Notes under the pieces: generated by a model
Seen by the model: the letters and a program-made list of their open reading frames with translations, nothing else
The model's database searches: none
Told to the model about the DNA's origin: nothing
In this document: positions 13,400 to 26,920 of the stretch, one piece after another
Layout of the letters: every line of letters starts with the position of its first letter
How positions within the stretch are numbered: position 1 is the first letter of the stretch
Program-made: the position numbers and the translations under genes
NCBI RefSeq assembly: GCF_001194135.2
Contig: NC_068982.1
Location: 99,137,021-99,201,020, forward strand
Direction of reading: 5' to 3'
DNA length: 64,000 nt
Origin: Octopus bimaculoides
Taxonomy: Eukaryota

Positions 13400-13640
13400 T
13401 ATATATATATATATATAATTAATTCAATATTAGGATAAAATCTTTTGACCTTAGAGTCCCTCTAAGTGTGAGGCATTAATGTATAGTAATGCCCTTATAT
13501 AAATAAATATATATATATGTATATACACACACGTGCAATATACATATTTATGCATACATACATACATATGTATTCTATTTATAATCCAATTAAGTCATTT
13601 GGTGCTCTGAAGTTTCGCTTGAGTGTTCACAGGATCAGAG

Positions 13641-14043
13641 ACTGACTTGACCAAAATAAAAATTGTATGCATGTAATTCCTTATATATCTTAATCACTGA
13701 TCAAGTAGACCATAACTAAAGAAGGTACTCAATGTGTTGTAAATGCAGAGTCTCACACATTTAAAACCTTATTCAAACAAGAGAAAAATGTCCCATCACC
13801 AACAAATCCCAAACAAATAAAAAAACATCTGCAATTGTAACAAACACCACATCCCAAAACAATCAATAAAGAGGCAGAAAGAAACACCCAATCAATAAAC
13901 ACAAAATGTTGACCAATGAACAAACACAAGCACTGACTTGACCAAAATAAAAATTGTATGCATGTAATTCCTTATATATCTTAATCACTGATCAAGTAGA
14001 CCATAACTTAAGAAGGTACTCAATGTGTTGTAAATGCAGAGTC
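13641..14043 (+). repeat. B-A'-B' rearrangement: 112-bp direct repeats flanking a 184-bp copy of 12164-12347
   Basis: 13751-13934 is identical to 12164-12347; 13641-13752 and 13932-14043 differ at one base. Confidence 0.95.
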
Positions 14044-14207
14044 AGTAGTTCTTTTATTAACCAGGTAATGCCTTACAGCTGTTTCAATTCATTCTTGTAT
14101 TTCTTTAAACACTGGCCTTTGAAGGAATAAGAGAATGTAATGTGTAATTGTACAATTGTAAGCATCACCTGGTTAATATAAGATAGATATATATACACAC
14201 ACACATA

Positions 14208-15348
14208 ATATTAAGTCATGTGGCTAGGTTTCTCTCTCTCTCTGTTATATCATCACTTTTACATCATCACTTTTTGAAATGTAATTCATGGTGTCTGATT
14301 ATATTGTTTTCTCTTGTAAATCAATTTTTTGGAATCCATGAATAGACGAAAAGTTTGTGTTGTTTATGAATATGAGGTCTGTCGTGGAATCAATCCCAGA
14401 GAGCTCAAAACATCAATGAGGTGTTTGGTGAAGATGTGGTGGATGAGCACACTGTACATTGATGGTTTGAAAAGTTGCAGTCTGGTAACTTTACTCTTGA
14501 AAATCAACACCATGGTAGACCTGAGACCAAGGTGGATAAATTCCAACTGTATTGGACTATCTGAAACAAATCGGCAAGGTAAAGAAGCTGGACAAGTGGG
14601 CACCACATGAACTGAAAGAGCATCAAATGACACATCATTTTGAAACTTGCTGTTCTTTGCTGTCATGGCATAAAAGTGAACCATTTTTGCATTGTATTGT
14701 TATGTGTGATGAAAAATATTCTTTTCAATAATAGCAAGCTTTCTGCACATTGGCTGGATAGAAGAGGTGCCAAAGCATAATCCAAAACAGAATATTCACC
14801 AAAAAAGGCTAATGGTGTCTGTTTGATGGTCCAGCACTGGTGTCATCCACTGCAGCTTCATGAAATCTGATAAGTCAATTACAGCAGATGTATAAACCAA
14901 CCTATTGGATAAAACGATGAATGAACTAGCAATTAAACAACTATGATTGGTCAATAGAGACAGGCCAATTCTCTTGCAAGACAATGCTCGACCACATGTT
15001 GCACAAAGAACACTACTCAAGTTACAGGAACTGAACTTGGAACTACTGTCATCCACCATATTCACCAGACCTTGCACCAACTGACTATCACATTTTCCAG
15101 GCATAAGACAACCTTTTGCAAGGAAAAAACTTCAAATATGAAGAAAAAAAAAAAACCCAGCCTTTGTGATTTCATCACCTCTTGCTCTCCAGAATTCTTC
15201 GCTGCCAGTATAAATAAACTACCGATATAATGGCAAAATTGTGTTGATAATTTAGGTGCATATTTTGATTAACTGTATTGTTTTTTGTTGAGATAAAGTA
15301 AAATAAACTTTCAGTTCAAAGTTGGACATTTGATTCTTAATGACCTTG
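14208..15348 (+). mobile_element. Decayed mariner (DD34D) transposon
   Basis: Frame-broken transposase: MNRRKVCVVYEYE, (T)CDEK at about 14705, LQDNARPH at about 14975, PPYSPDLAPTDYH at about 15052-15090; TIRs degraded. Confidence 0.92.
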
Positions 15349-15534
15349 TTTCAGTCATTTAACTGTGGCCATGCTGGAGCACCACATTTAGTCAAACAAA
15401 TCGATCTCAGGACTTATTCTTTCTAAGCCCAGTATTCTATCAATCTTTTTTGCTGAACCGCTATGTTACGGGGGTGTAGACACACCAACATCAGTTGTCA
15501 AGCGATGGTGAGGGGGGACAAACACAGACACACA

Positions 15535-15584
<50 letters not shown>

Positions 15585-15741
15585 TACAACTGGCTTATTT
15601 TAGTTTCCGTCTACCAAATCCACTCACAAGGCATTGGTTGGCCCGAGGCTATAGTAGAAGACACTTTCCCCAGGTACAACACAGTGGGACTGAACCTGGA
15701 ACCATGTGGTTGAGAAGCTACTACACAACCATGCCTGTGCC
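15349..15741 (-). mobile_element. tRNA-derived SINE, family A head with an alternative 3' module
   Basis: Head with intact B-box GGTTCAGTCCC on minus, (TA)n hinge, body ...gacaaacacagacac and end tgtttcagtcatttaactgtggccatgctggagcacc. Confidence 0.88.
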
Positions 15742-16676
15742 TACAAATATATANNNNNNNNNNNNNNNNNNNNNNNNNNNNNNNNNNNNNNNNNNNNNNN
15801 NNNNNNNNNNNNNNNNNNNNNNNNNNNNNNNNNNNNNNNNNNNNNNNNNNNNNNNNNNNNNNNNNNNNNNNNNNNNNNNNNNNNNNNNNNNNNNNNNNNN
15901 NNNNNNNNNNNNNNNNNNNNNNNNNNNNNNNNNNNNNNNNNNNNNNNNNNNNNNNNNNNNNNNNNNNNNNNNNNNNNNNNNNNNNNNNNNNNNNNNNNNN
16001 NNNNNNNNNNNNNNNNNNNNNNNNNNNNNNNNNNNNNNNNNNNNNNNNNNNNNNNNNNNNNNNNNNNNNNNNNNNNNNNNNNNNNNNNNNNNNNNNNNNN
16101 NNNNNNNNNNNNNNNNNNNNNNNNNNNNNNNNNNNNNNNNNNNNNNNNNNNNNNNNNNNNNNNNNNNNNNNNNNNNNNNNNNNNNNNNNNNNNNNNNNNN
16201 NNNNNNNNNNNNNNNNNNNNNNNNNNNNNNNNNNNNNNNNNNNNNNNNNNNNNNNNNNNNNNNNNNNNNNNNNNNNNNNNNNNNNNNNNNNNNNNNNNNN
16301 NNNNNNNNNNNNNNNNNNNNNNNNNNNNNNNNNNNNNNNNNNNNNNNNNNNNNNNNNNNNNNNNNNNNNNNNNNNNNNNNNNNNNNNNNNNNNNNNNNNN
16401 NNNNNNNNNNNNNNNNNNNNNNNNNNNNNNNNNNNNNNNNNNNNNNNNNNNNNNNNNNNNNNNNNNNNNNNNNNNNNNNNNNNNNNNNNNNATATATATA
16501 TAAAAGGAATAGAAATAATGAAGTTAGTGAGAATGGCAGAGTGTGAGCAGAGAGAAAAAGAATAACTGCAAAAAGATAAAAAGAAATAAGAAAATGGATC
16601 AAGGACTAGAGCCTTGAAATGTACTGGAAAAAAAGGCAGAAATATACTCTATCATTTGTAACAAGTGCAATGCTAG

Positions 16677-16725
<49 letters not shown>

Positions 16726-18679
16726 ACATGCATACACGCATGTAAAAATATAATCATTATTGCCATCATCATCATTATTTTACATCTGCTTTCCATGCTG
16801 GCATGAGTTGGGTGAGTCATCATAGTTCGAGTCAGTTCTTATTTGGAGATACTGCTCTCCTAGATTGAATGGAAGACCATATACATACACAAACATACAT
16901 ATCACCCATCATCATATATTGCCTAGATTATTATTTTCAATGGGACACTACATGAGGAAAGACAAAACAATCAAAACATTAAATGCATGACCAAGCAACA
17001 CTTATTTATGACAAATATATCTCTAACATCATTTGAACTCATTCTGTAATATTTCAGAGAAAGTAAGAATAACATCGGAGAATTTTTATAGGTTTAGCTA
17101 TGCTACAACCACCTTTACTTGAATAATTTTTATACTAATACTTTCATCTTTCTATTTGTTGATGGGCTAGGTTATTTTAAGATAAGACTGTGTGTGTAAA
17201 CAAGTCAGTTGCAATGATAAGTCACACATTTAGAGTATTTACTACGGAAACACTCAAACAACTGACAAAGAATGGACATTCAGAAGCTATAAGTGATTTC
17301 TTTCTCAGTGACAAGATGTTTTTTGTTTGTTATTCTGTAAAGTTTAACTTGTTTTAGCAGACCGATAAAAGCTGAAAAAAAAAAAATTAAAGAAAAGAAA
17401 ACATTGTTATAGTAGAATCTTTTAAAATTACATAGTGCAAAGAAGAGAGGGAGTTAGTGACCATATTCTTTTGAAGCTCTTCCGAGGTTGGTGAGGTTGA
17501 TGTAGTTGGTGTTTAATTTGATCTTCCATAGTCTAATGAATATTGGGAAAATCTAGGCTATAGAGGTGTTTCAGAAGATTACTGTCTTAGGAGAAAAAAA
17601 CTGAGTGTAGAGTATTTAGTGTATACAGTACGAAACAACAGAAGGTGACAGCGAGACAAAAAGAGAAAATGAAAGGGTAAATGGTGGGTTCAGAAATATT
17701 AAATATATTTCAGCACACTTAACTAATAATCATATTAATTAAACATTAAAAAAAAAAAGTCATCTGTCATGTCAAGTTGTAAACAAATTAGAAAAATGAA
17801 CCATTCTTTGATAAAAGCTGGAATTGACTCCAGCTGAATTTGAAGACAAAAATGTAAACTAGAAACCGCAGAGTATTTAGTCAAGTCTTCTACCAACTTG
17901 ATACTTGTTATACAAATAACAAACATTTATTTTGATAATAACCATCCATTTCTGAAATGTCAACTGCTTATCTGCTTAGACAAAGAAATTATTGGAAATA
18001 TGACCATTCCAAAAATATTCTAAATGCTCTTGGAGCATAGATGATGAAAATAAAATAAAAACTATGAAATTAAACTCCCATGTAGCTCATCTAAACAGGA
18101 CACACCCAAATTTTCAGGAAACCCCCCCCCCAAAAAAGCATGTATCAAATTATACAAACTTTAAAACAGCACAAATATTTACTTTCTTTATGATTCCATA
18201 GTAAATTCTTGTTGGTGGGGTGAAATATTTCCAAAAATCAAGAAGAGGTCAGGTGAATACCAAAGTAACTATTGATATGGTTTCACTAAAACAACTTCAA
18301 ACCAAATAAACTTTACTGAGGTAAATGGCTTGTTTAATAATTTTTTCCTCTACCTTCACTTAGATATAACAGCCAACCATTTTATTTTGCAAACTTTAGT
18401 AGAAACTGTTTTTACTGGAACATTACTAATATGTTGTTGCTATGAAACTTTTAAAAAGAGATCGCAGATATAAAAATGATAAAATAAAGTTTTTAAAATT
18501 ATGAACCATACATTGATTCAAATTGAAATCAATAGACAAGGAATGAGTCTTGTTGCCCTCTATATGTGTGCGTCACAAATTTGAGTTTGGAAAAAACCTA
18601 GAATATTTTAACTGAAATATGTTCTGATAAACGTGTATGTGTGCATGTGCACATGAATGCAGTCAGTCTGTTTATCTTT

Positions 18680-18850
18680 TATCTTGTTTCAGTAATTTGA
18701 CTGTGACCATGCTGGGGCACCGTCTTGAAGGTTTTAGTCAGACAAACTGACACCAGGACTTTTTTTAAAGCCTAGCAATTATTGTCAGTAAAACACACCA
18801 ACACTGGTTGTCAAGCGGTGGTGGTGAGATAAACACACACACACACACAC
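18680..18850 (-). mobile_element. Partial SINE with the same 3' module as 15349-15540
   Basis: tgtttcagtaatttgactgtgaccatgctggggcacc...cacaccaacactggttgtcaagcggtgg. Confidence 0.8.
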
Positions 18851-19103
18851 ATCGTTGCTATTATGTTAAACTGTTGTATGTCTTAATTTGGCCAAATGCA
18901 TTTTTTCAATATTTATTTTTGCTTGCAATAGTTGGTTCTTTTGGTTAAACTATCGTACCTCCAGCTGCTTCAGATGCCAAGATATCAAAAATTGTCAAGG
19001 TGTAGTACAACGGATTTGCTATGGAATGGTGAAACTATTTTTTCATTTTCTGAAAAAGCAATGTTTTGAACTTACAACACTTTTGCATAATAACAACAAT
19101 TAT

Positions 19104-19466
19104 CATCATCATCATCATCACCATTTAACGTCCATTCATGCTGGCATGAGTGGGGCAGTTTGACTGGGTTGATCCACTTGAAGACTGCACCAGACACCAG
19201 TCTGATTTGGTATGGTTTCCTACAGTTGGATGCTCTTCCTAACGCCAACCACTCCAAGAGTGTAATGGTTGCTTTTACGTGCCACCAGCACGGGTGCCAT
19301 TTGCATGACACAGGGGTGCGTTTATATGCCACCAGCACAGGTGCCAATTTGCATGACACCAGTATCTGTCACAACTGCAATTTTGCTCAGCTTGATGGTT
19401 CTTCTAAGCACAACATAATGCCAAAGGTCTTGGTCATTACCTCTGTGAGGCCCAACACTCGAAAGG

Positions 19467-19505
<39 letters not shown>

Positions 19506-19672
19506 CATACATATACAGGCTTCTTTCAGTTACAGTCTATCAATTCCATTCACAGGGTTTTGGTTGGCCTGAGGCAATAATAGAAGACACTTGCCTAACG
19601 TGCCATGCTGTGGGACTGAACCAAAAACCATGTGGTTAGGAAGCAAGCTTTTTACCACACAGCCACACCTGC
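19104..19672 (-). mobile_element. Composite element: SINE-A head, (TA)n, RTE ORF end and RTE-type tail
   Basis: Head at 19515-19672; 19380-19465 resembles the RTE coding end at 48415-48490; tail and (CAT)n at 19104-19280. Confidence 0.75.
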
Positions 19673-20409
19673 ATTTTTTTTTTTTTTTTAATGTCAATCA
19701 AAGCCTATAGCTTTTCCAGGCCCTCCAAGACTAGTAAGACTGATGTTCAGTTTGAACAACTAAAGGTTGGTGTGACTAGAGACAAAAAAAAAAATTGAAA
19801 AAAATAAAAGGCATAGCCAAGAAGAGAATTCCATAGGATGCAGTTATGAGGAGAAATGACTGAAGTATTTTGTGCAAAATCAAAGAGGTAAAGAGAACAG
19901 TATGAGTGGAGATGTTGCTGTGGTAGAGATAAAAAGCACCCAGACAGTGTTCTTTCTCCATACTGATGTGCCTTGAATGTGTGAAGGATGTGAAAGAGTA
20001 CACCCAGGGTATTTGGTCAAATACTGAGTTACCTCTGATGAGTTAGGAATATAACACATAACATGGATATAACACATGATAACATGTGCTTAAATGCATG
20101 TAGACATCTGCATGCTTGCATCATGAAGAGTCGGTGAGAATGAATAAAGATGTGTGGAAGTGTGAATGTATGATGTGATAAAACTCAAGCTATGTGAAAC
20201 AAAATTTCATCAGATGTTATCTGAAATACATCTGCCAATACAAATATTATTTAAGACACAGAAAAAAAACCCACAAAAACTCAACTAAAAATGTATTTAA
20301 AAAAATATTGTAATATACATCTTTTGGGAATGTCTTGGTTTGTCATCCTAGTGTTCAAAAACGGAAATAAGTTGCTTGCAGTGAAGTACTATCTGATCAC
20401 ATTCACCTC

Positions 20410-20720
20410 TTATATTAACAGTAGTCAAGAGAGTAGTGAGATCAAAGATAACTTCCAGCCTACAAAGTAACTATCTCCTAAATCCCAACCAGCATAGTTT
20501 TCTTGATGGCAGAAACTGTTTAACACAGTTTCTTCACCACACGAAGACATTTTAAACAGTCTTGAAGAGGGCTCCAACACTAATCTCATATATCTTGACT
20601 TCAGTAAAGCCTTTACCAAAATTGACAAGAAACTGCTGAAAGAATTATCCAATACTGGAAAGATATTGCAGTAGATTGTTTCCTGGTAAACAAAACCCAA
20701 CAAGTAATTGACAGAATCCT
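20410..20720 (+). mobile_element. Decayed CR1-type LINE RT fragment
   Basis: Translates RVVRSKITSSLQSNYLLNPNQHSFLDGRNCLTQFLH..EDILNSLEEGSNTNLIYLDFSKAF (RT motifs NQHGF, CLTQL, YLDFSKAFD). Confidence 0.88.
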
Positions 20721-21261
20721 TCAGAATATTGTGTCGGGCCCACAGCAAACATCAACAGAATAAGTAGCTAGACAGAACACCAATCTATGATTCAAAGATA
20801 TAAAAGAAAAAATGGCATGACAGGCTTTGATTGCTGAGATTGCCTCAAAAGGTTCTGACTCTAGTCTCTCCAACACCAATATGATTGCTATATAATTTGT
20901 ACAACATGGAAAATATTCCTTTAACATTGTCCAAACAATGCTGGTATCAAGTTAACAAATTTCTAAAGAATAGGTCTCCATGACAACACCTGATAAAAAT
21001 CAAGCTCACATCACATATTGTAACAGCCTCCCAAAAATAACAGTCAGACCATTTATACCTGGATACATTTTCACCAACAGCAACTCCTTACTTGAGCAAG
21101 ATAAAGTGTCCCAAAATATAACTTGAAAGATCTCATCAGGTGATGTTTTTAGTTAATCATAGCCTGTTCCAATAATGGAAGAAGTAAAGTTATCAAAATA
21201 TACAGGTTGGGCTAAAAGTCATGAACGTATTTCTTGTTTTGTAAATAATTTGGTGACCTTG

Positions 21262-21420
21262 ATGGTGCCCTGTAAAAAGCACTCAGTACACTGTAAAGTG
21301 GGTGGCATTAGGAAGGGCATCCAACCATAGAAACCATGCCAAAGCAAATAGTAGAGTTTGGTGCAGATTTCTGACTTGCCAACCCATGCCAGCATTATGG
21401 AAAACAGGAAATGATGATGT
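21262..21420 (+). mobile_element. RTE-type 3' tail fragment
   Basis: ggcattaggaagggcatccaaccatagaaaccatgcc...ccaacccatgccagcat...gatgatg. Confidence 0.75.
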
Positions 21421-21869
21421 ATGTCTGTGTATACACACACACACACACACTTTCAATGAACTAAACACTCACATATACAATTGGATTCTTTTCTTTACTC
21501 TCTATACAGCACCAAATTTAAAATACCTACAGTAAATAAAACAAGCCAAGCCTGACCATATAAAAAATATGAAAATATATAATATCTCAAGAAAATCATT
21601 CATGCTTGGATTATTATTTTTTTGTTTCTGTAGTAAACAAAAATAAGGTTAGTACTACAATTTTGTAAATTAGTACAAGGTCACAAATATGTAAGGCAGA
21701 GGTAAAACCAATAGAATTAATCTCAATTGTTCACTAGTAGATATGGTGTTGAATAGTATATAAGTCTTAACCCATGCCATGGAACATGGACATTAACTGA
21801 TGCTGATGATGGTGATCTATAATGTACAAACCTATAGGTGTCAGCCAACAGGTATGTCAATAGGTGCAA

Positions 21870-22205
21870 GCATGGCTGTATGGGTACAAAATTTGCTTTG
21901 CAACCACATGGTTTCAGGTTTTGTCCCACTACATGGGATCTTAAACAAGTGTCTACTCCACATACCCTCATGAACATCATCTGGGGGGAAAAAAATACAG
22001 TGATAGTGTTTATATTCGGCAATAAACAAAAGTCCCATAGTTCAGCAGATGCATGCAGGCCAGTGAAATGAAAAGTATTCTATTTGAAAGACGAGTGGAA
22101 TACAGGAAGTGCATCCAGCTGCAAAAAATATACCTCAAGAAATTTTGTCTAACCCGTACAAGCAAGGAATAAATAAATGTAAAAACAATGATAGTGATGA
22201 TGATT
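21870..22205 (+). mobile_element. Degraded SINE-A head (21870-21960) and tail (22040-22205)
   Basis: gcatggctgtatgggt...caaccacatggtttcaggttttgtcccact; tail ggaagtgcatccagc...gtctaacccgtacaagc...gatgatga. Confidence 0.6.
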
Positions 22206-22339
22206 ATGTGTATAAATTTCACATGAAATATAGAAGCTGTAAATGACTACCTTTTTTGAATTGTCTCAGTGGACATCAGAAATGAGATCAGCCAAATCTA
22301 GCCATCTATATACAACAATACTGTATAGAGCCAGTGTAA

Positions 22340-23260
22340 TGTAACAACCCAGAAGAATAAACTTTGGGGAGATTTGAACTAAGAACATGTAGAAACAACT
22401 AAATACTGTAAGGCACTCAATCAGGCAGGTGATCTACTCTTCTCCACTGATTCATTGTCATTAGATTAATAACAATATAATGATGATGATGATGGTTTCT
22501 AATATAGGCATGAGGTTGCAATTTTGAGGAAGTTTAATAATAGCAATAATAATGATTTCTGATTTAGGCACAAGACCAACAATTTTGAGGAGACTGAATT
22601 AGTTGATACTATTGACCCCAGTACTTTAATGGTACTTTATTTTATCAACCTCAGAAGGATGAAAGGTAAAATCTGACATCAGTTGGATTTGAACTCAGAC
22701 TGTCAAGAAACAAAATAATAAAATATTAATATAATAACAACAACAATAATGCTTTTAAAATTTGGCACAAAGTCAGTCATTTCAAGGGGAGGAAGTAAAC
22801 TGATTATATCAACTCCAGTATTATATCAACTCTGGAGCAATGAGAAGCAAAGTTGATGTCAGTAGGATTTGAACTAAGAATATAAAGTGAGGTAAGAAAA
22901 GATGTTAAACCTTTTTCCTATGCTCTTCCAATACCAGCTCACCTGACCCCCACACTTGAATGCTACTTTATTATACCAACCCTGAAAGCAAAGCTGACTT
23001 TTGCAAGATTTGAACACCAAATGTAAAGAGCCGTAATAAATATCACAAAGCACAGTTTCTGATACGCGAATGATTCCAACAATTTGCCATCCTAGGCCAA
23101 AAATTAGAAATTGAGAGGAGGAGGCAGTCAATTATCTTGACCTAGTATTTAATTAGTACTTTATTTTTTTTTATCCACAGAAGGATGAAAGACAACGTTA
23201 ACCTCAGTGGGATTTAAACTCTGAACAGAAGTACTACAAGGCTTTTGTCTGATATTTATG
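22340..23260 (-). repeat. Head-to-tail cluster of about 5 degraded SINE-B copies
   Basis: Reverse B-box gatttgaact-like motifs at 22371, 22686, 22866, 23007, 23211, most preceded by the gaaggatgaaag-like core. Confidence 0.75.
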
Positions 23261-24173
23261 CTTAGGAAGTATTCAACAGAAAATTGTCAGTTGAAATGAG
23301 TCACTTGATATTGGTTACAAGAGCAACTACTTCTCATATGATTACTACTTGATAAAAGGACTCTTTCAAGGATTGATAGTATATGTGTTTGTATGTGTTT
23401 GTGTGCGCACGCAGAAAAATAAACAAGTCCAATATACAGTAGAGGAGTCAGTATTCAATACTATTCAACACCATAAACAAAAGGGTCTCTGTTTTCTCTT
23501 CTTACAGCAACACCCACTCCCAGAAATTAAAAATTTATATACATAGTTTTTATAATATTTCCCAATAACTACATTTTCAGTTGGTAGTGAATGATATGCC
23601 TGACAAAAGAAAAGAACAAAAACAATCCTGCTTTAACTTTGGTTAGAAAAATAAAAGACAGAGGGAAAAAAGTCTTCCATGTTAAAAGTAAACAAAATAA
23701 AATGTAAAAAATTTTTAATTGATATCCACAAGTTTTACTATTTATTCTTATATCAAAAGAACTAAAACAACTATCTTATCTATTTTACTGAGGCAATGAA
23801 AAAAAAAATCACAATCTCTCTCTCTCTCTGATAATAGTAGTTATGGTGCTATTAGCACAGAGTAAAGCAGTATTGCAATTTGGTTTTGAATCCCAGATAG
23901 CTATCACACATTTACTGATAATGATTGTAGAAAAAGCATGAATGCTTCAATATACTACTTACTTTCCCTCAACTGAAATTCTTAATAAGGAGAGATCCTT
24001 GCATACACAAAAGCTACATAAATTATATAATCACAAATAAAATTCGGATACATTAAAACAGATGCTACAATGACCAAACCTTAATACCAGTAACTATCAG
24101 GAAATAATTTGGGTAATCAAAGAAATCAGCAGTTCAAGTACCAATCCTGACACAACAATACATATACATACAT

Positions 24174-24205
<32 letters not shown>

Positions 24206-24395
24206 TTTAGTTAAGATTCAACTACTTATATCACTGCAACCAACTCTCATAATAATTCTACTATAAAACTGAAAAGTTGGTAATAGACAAAAAGTAGAGA
24301 AATACATACACTAATAAATCATACCAATGTCTCAATTTCCAAAATCATATAACCTCATAAGCATGAAAAAAGTGTGGTATATGTGTGCATGTTCA

Positions 24396-24449
<54 letters not shown>

Positions 24450-25422
24450 GCTAACAATAGTAAAAGGAAAAAAATGGAGTTTCCTATCATGTTAAATGTG
24501 CAATAAATATGCCAATGATAAAAATATTTATGTATTTAGTTATGGATTTAGTTTTTGTTTCTCTAAAATTCAATATATATAAATAGATGTAACTTCAGCT
24601 TTTATTAACTTGATGTTAAAACAAAAATATATTATCACCTTGTTTCAAGTAGTTGAACAGGATTGTAGGACAAGAAAGCTAAAAGAAGAAACAACTGAAT
24701 AAGAAAACTGTTTATTCAATAATCCTTTATATTAAGTCATGTATAATAAAACTTATAAATATACAATTTAGAAACTTTGGTTACAAAAAATTATAGTAAA
24801 AAAAAACCCTACAAAGGTCAATGTATGGAATATGTCATAGAAACATATAACAATGCAAAATATAAACAGCATCACTATAACATGGTATGAGAAAGAATTG
24901 AAAGGAATCTGTTTCTTGGCAATCAATACTCTAACCTTGAGCCTACATCACATCTGCAATAAGCTGATCAATTTTTTTTTCCTCTTTGTAGCAAGGATTA
25001 TGAAAAGAGAAGACATAAAATAATAAATTGTATTAGCTATGTGTTCTCAACCAATACATTTTCCTCCGTAAATAGAAACACCCATATCAAACTGAGAGCA
25101 ACCAGCAGAAAATTGTCCAAGAACTCATTTTACTAAAATGGTGGCAGTAGGAATTTACTATAATTGCAAAAGCAAATGAATGTATAAAGGTTATACTACT
25201 TAAAGGGAAATTTAATAAGATATCTTCTTTAATTCACAAGAATAGACAGACTAGGATATTTTCAAACAGTTTTCTATTGCTAAGCTTAGATATGATGATG
25301 TATTAACATGCAATTTATTTCAGAAAATTGTATGTGCATGCATTATCTTTATTTATAGTTGAGTATTGTCAACCACAAAGTTACAGTCTTTAGATGTGAA
25401 TAAGTGATCCGGTTTACCTTAC

Positions 25423-25467
<45 letters not shown>

Positions 25468-26604
25468 GGAAGCAATTTGTAGCCCGGTTTAATATCACCA
25501 TTTGGCCGTTAGGGGCTTTTAATAGAATACAGATGGTTACAAGCATTCAAGCCAAGAATCCAGTTTGACAATAGCTCCCTACATTCTTCACACTAGTCTT
25601 GGAGGCCCTGAAAAAGTTGATGGATGCTGCCATTCAACAACTAAGTCATATAAAATAAATAGAAATAAAAGGAAGAGAAAAAAACACCCAAAAGGTTGGG
25701 AATCCATATTTTATAATCACTATGCTGTGTCCATTGCCATGACATTGATATCTCAAATAGTCCAGTCCAACTAATTTTTAATAAGTTTCACAGGGTTAAA
25801 ATAACTAACTCACTACTGCACTTCCTGCTATGTAAAAAATAGTGATGGTGGTGGCAGCAATGGCAACAGAATTACCCAGTGTTATTTGCATTAAAATTAT
25901 ATGACAGGACAGTTGTACCATATTGTATTATTTATAGATTTCCCCATTTTTGGCACCAAGTTACCTCTTTATAGCTTTGTTTTTCTTATTTACTTTTCAG
26001 GTTAAATCCCAAACTTCCTTCTATACAATGTTGTGGGTTTTTTTTTTTATAAGGATTATAGAGATAAAGAGATTGTAAGAACTTTCAACATTTTTACACA
26101 CAACATAAAGTTGTCTATGAGAGGGGCCATATTATTCCAGTTACAGCCCAGCAACAGATAAAGCAGTCTCTGTGATTTATTTATGGACACTGAGTCTTAA
26201 TGGAAACTGCAAACTTTTATATACAAGAAGAATTTCTGAATCAGATGGTACCTGAGTGTTCTAGGTATAAAAGTATCTCCCATAGAATAGTTACAGATTA
26301 ACAGAATAAATAATATAAAGGTACTAATTTTTTTAGCTACCAGTCTTGTGCTAATAGCTGAAGCTGATCAAGATTACATTGTAGCATAATTGTGACTCCT
26401 ATTTTCAACAGAAGTCAATGTTTTGCAAGCCTAGGAGATTTTAAAGAGTTTAAGACAGATTATTATTTTACTGGTTTTAGCCAAGGGACTGTGGACATGC
26501 AAGGGCAGCACTTTGATCAAATCAACTCTAGTACTTATTTTTTAAAAAAGTCTGATACTTATTCCATCAGACTCTGTCTTTGAAAAAGCATTAGGTGCCA
26601 CTGT

Positions 26605-26920
26605 CACCATTTGATATCCATTTTCAATGGCAAATGGGTTGGATGGTTTGACAGGAGCTGACCAGCTGGTTAGCTGTTCAGACACCAATTGTCTGTAGTG
26701 GCATGGTTTATATGGCTGGATGCCTTTCCTAATGCCAATCACTTGGCTGTGTGCTTTGTATGTGCCACCGGTTCGGATGTGTTTATGCTGCACTGGCATG
26801 AGTGCATTATACATGGCACCGGTACCTATAAAGGATGGTTACAATTTTACATAGCTTGACGTGTCTTCTCAAGTACAGCAAATTGCCACAACTCCTGGTC
26901 CTTTGTCATTTCCTCAGTGA
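26605..26920 (-). mobile_element. Older RTE 3' end (ORF end plus tail)
   Basis: gggttggatggtttgacagg...ggctggatgcctttcctaatgccaa; gtcttctcaagtacagcaaattgcc...gtcatttcctcagtga. Confidence 0.7.

Noticed and set aside
15600-15741. tRNA gene
   Set aside because: A/B-box-like motifs belong to SINE heads; no cloverleaf
26050-26290. PKD-like phrases on the minus strand (LYVVCKNVESSYNL; SMGD...YH)
   Set aside because: Two different frames look equally plausible and both have stops; this shows the over-calling risk
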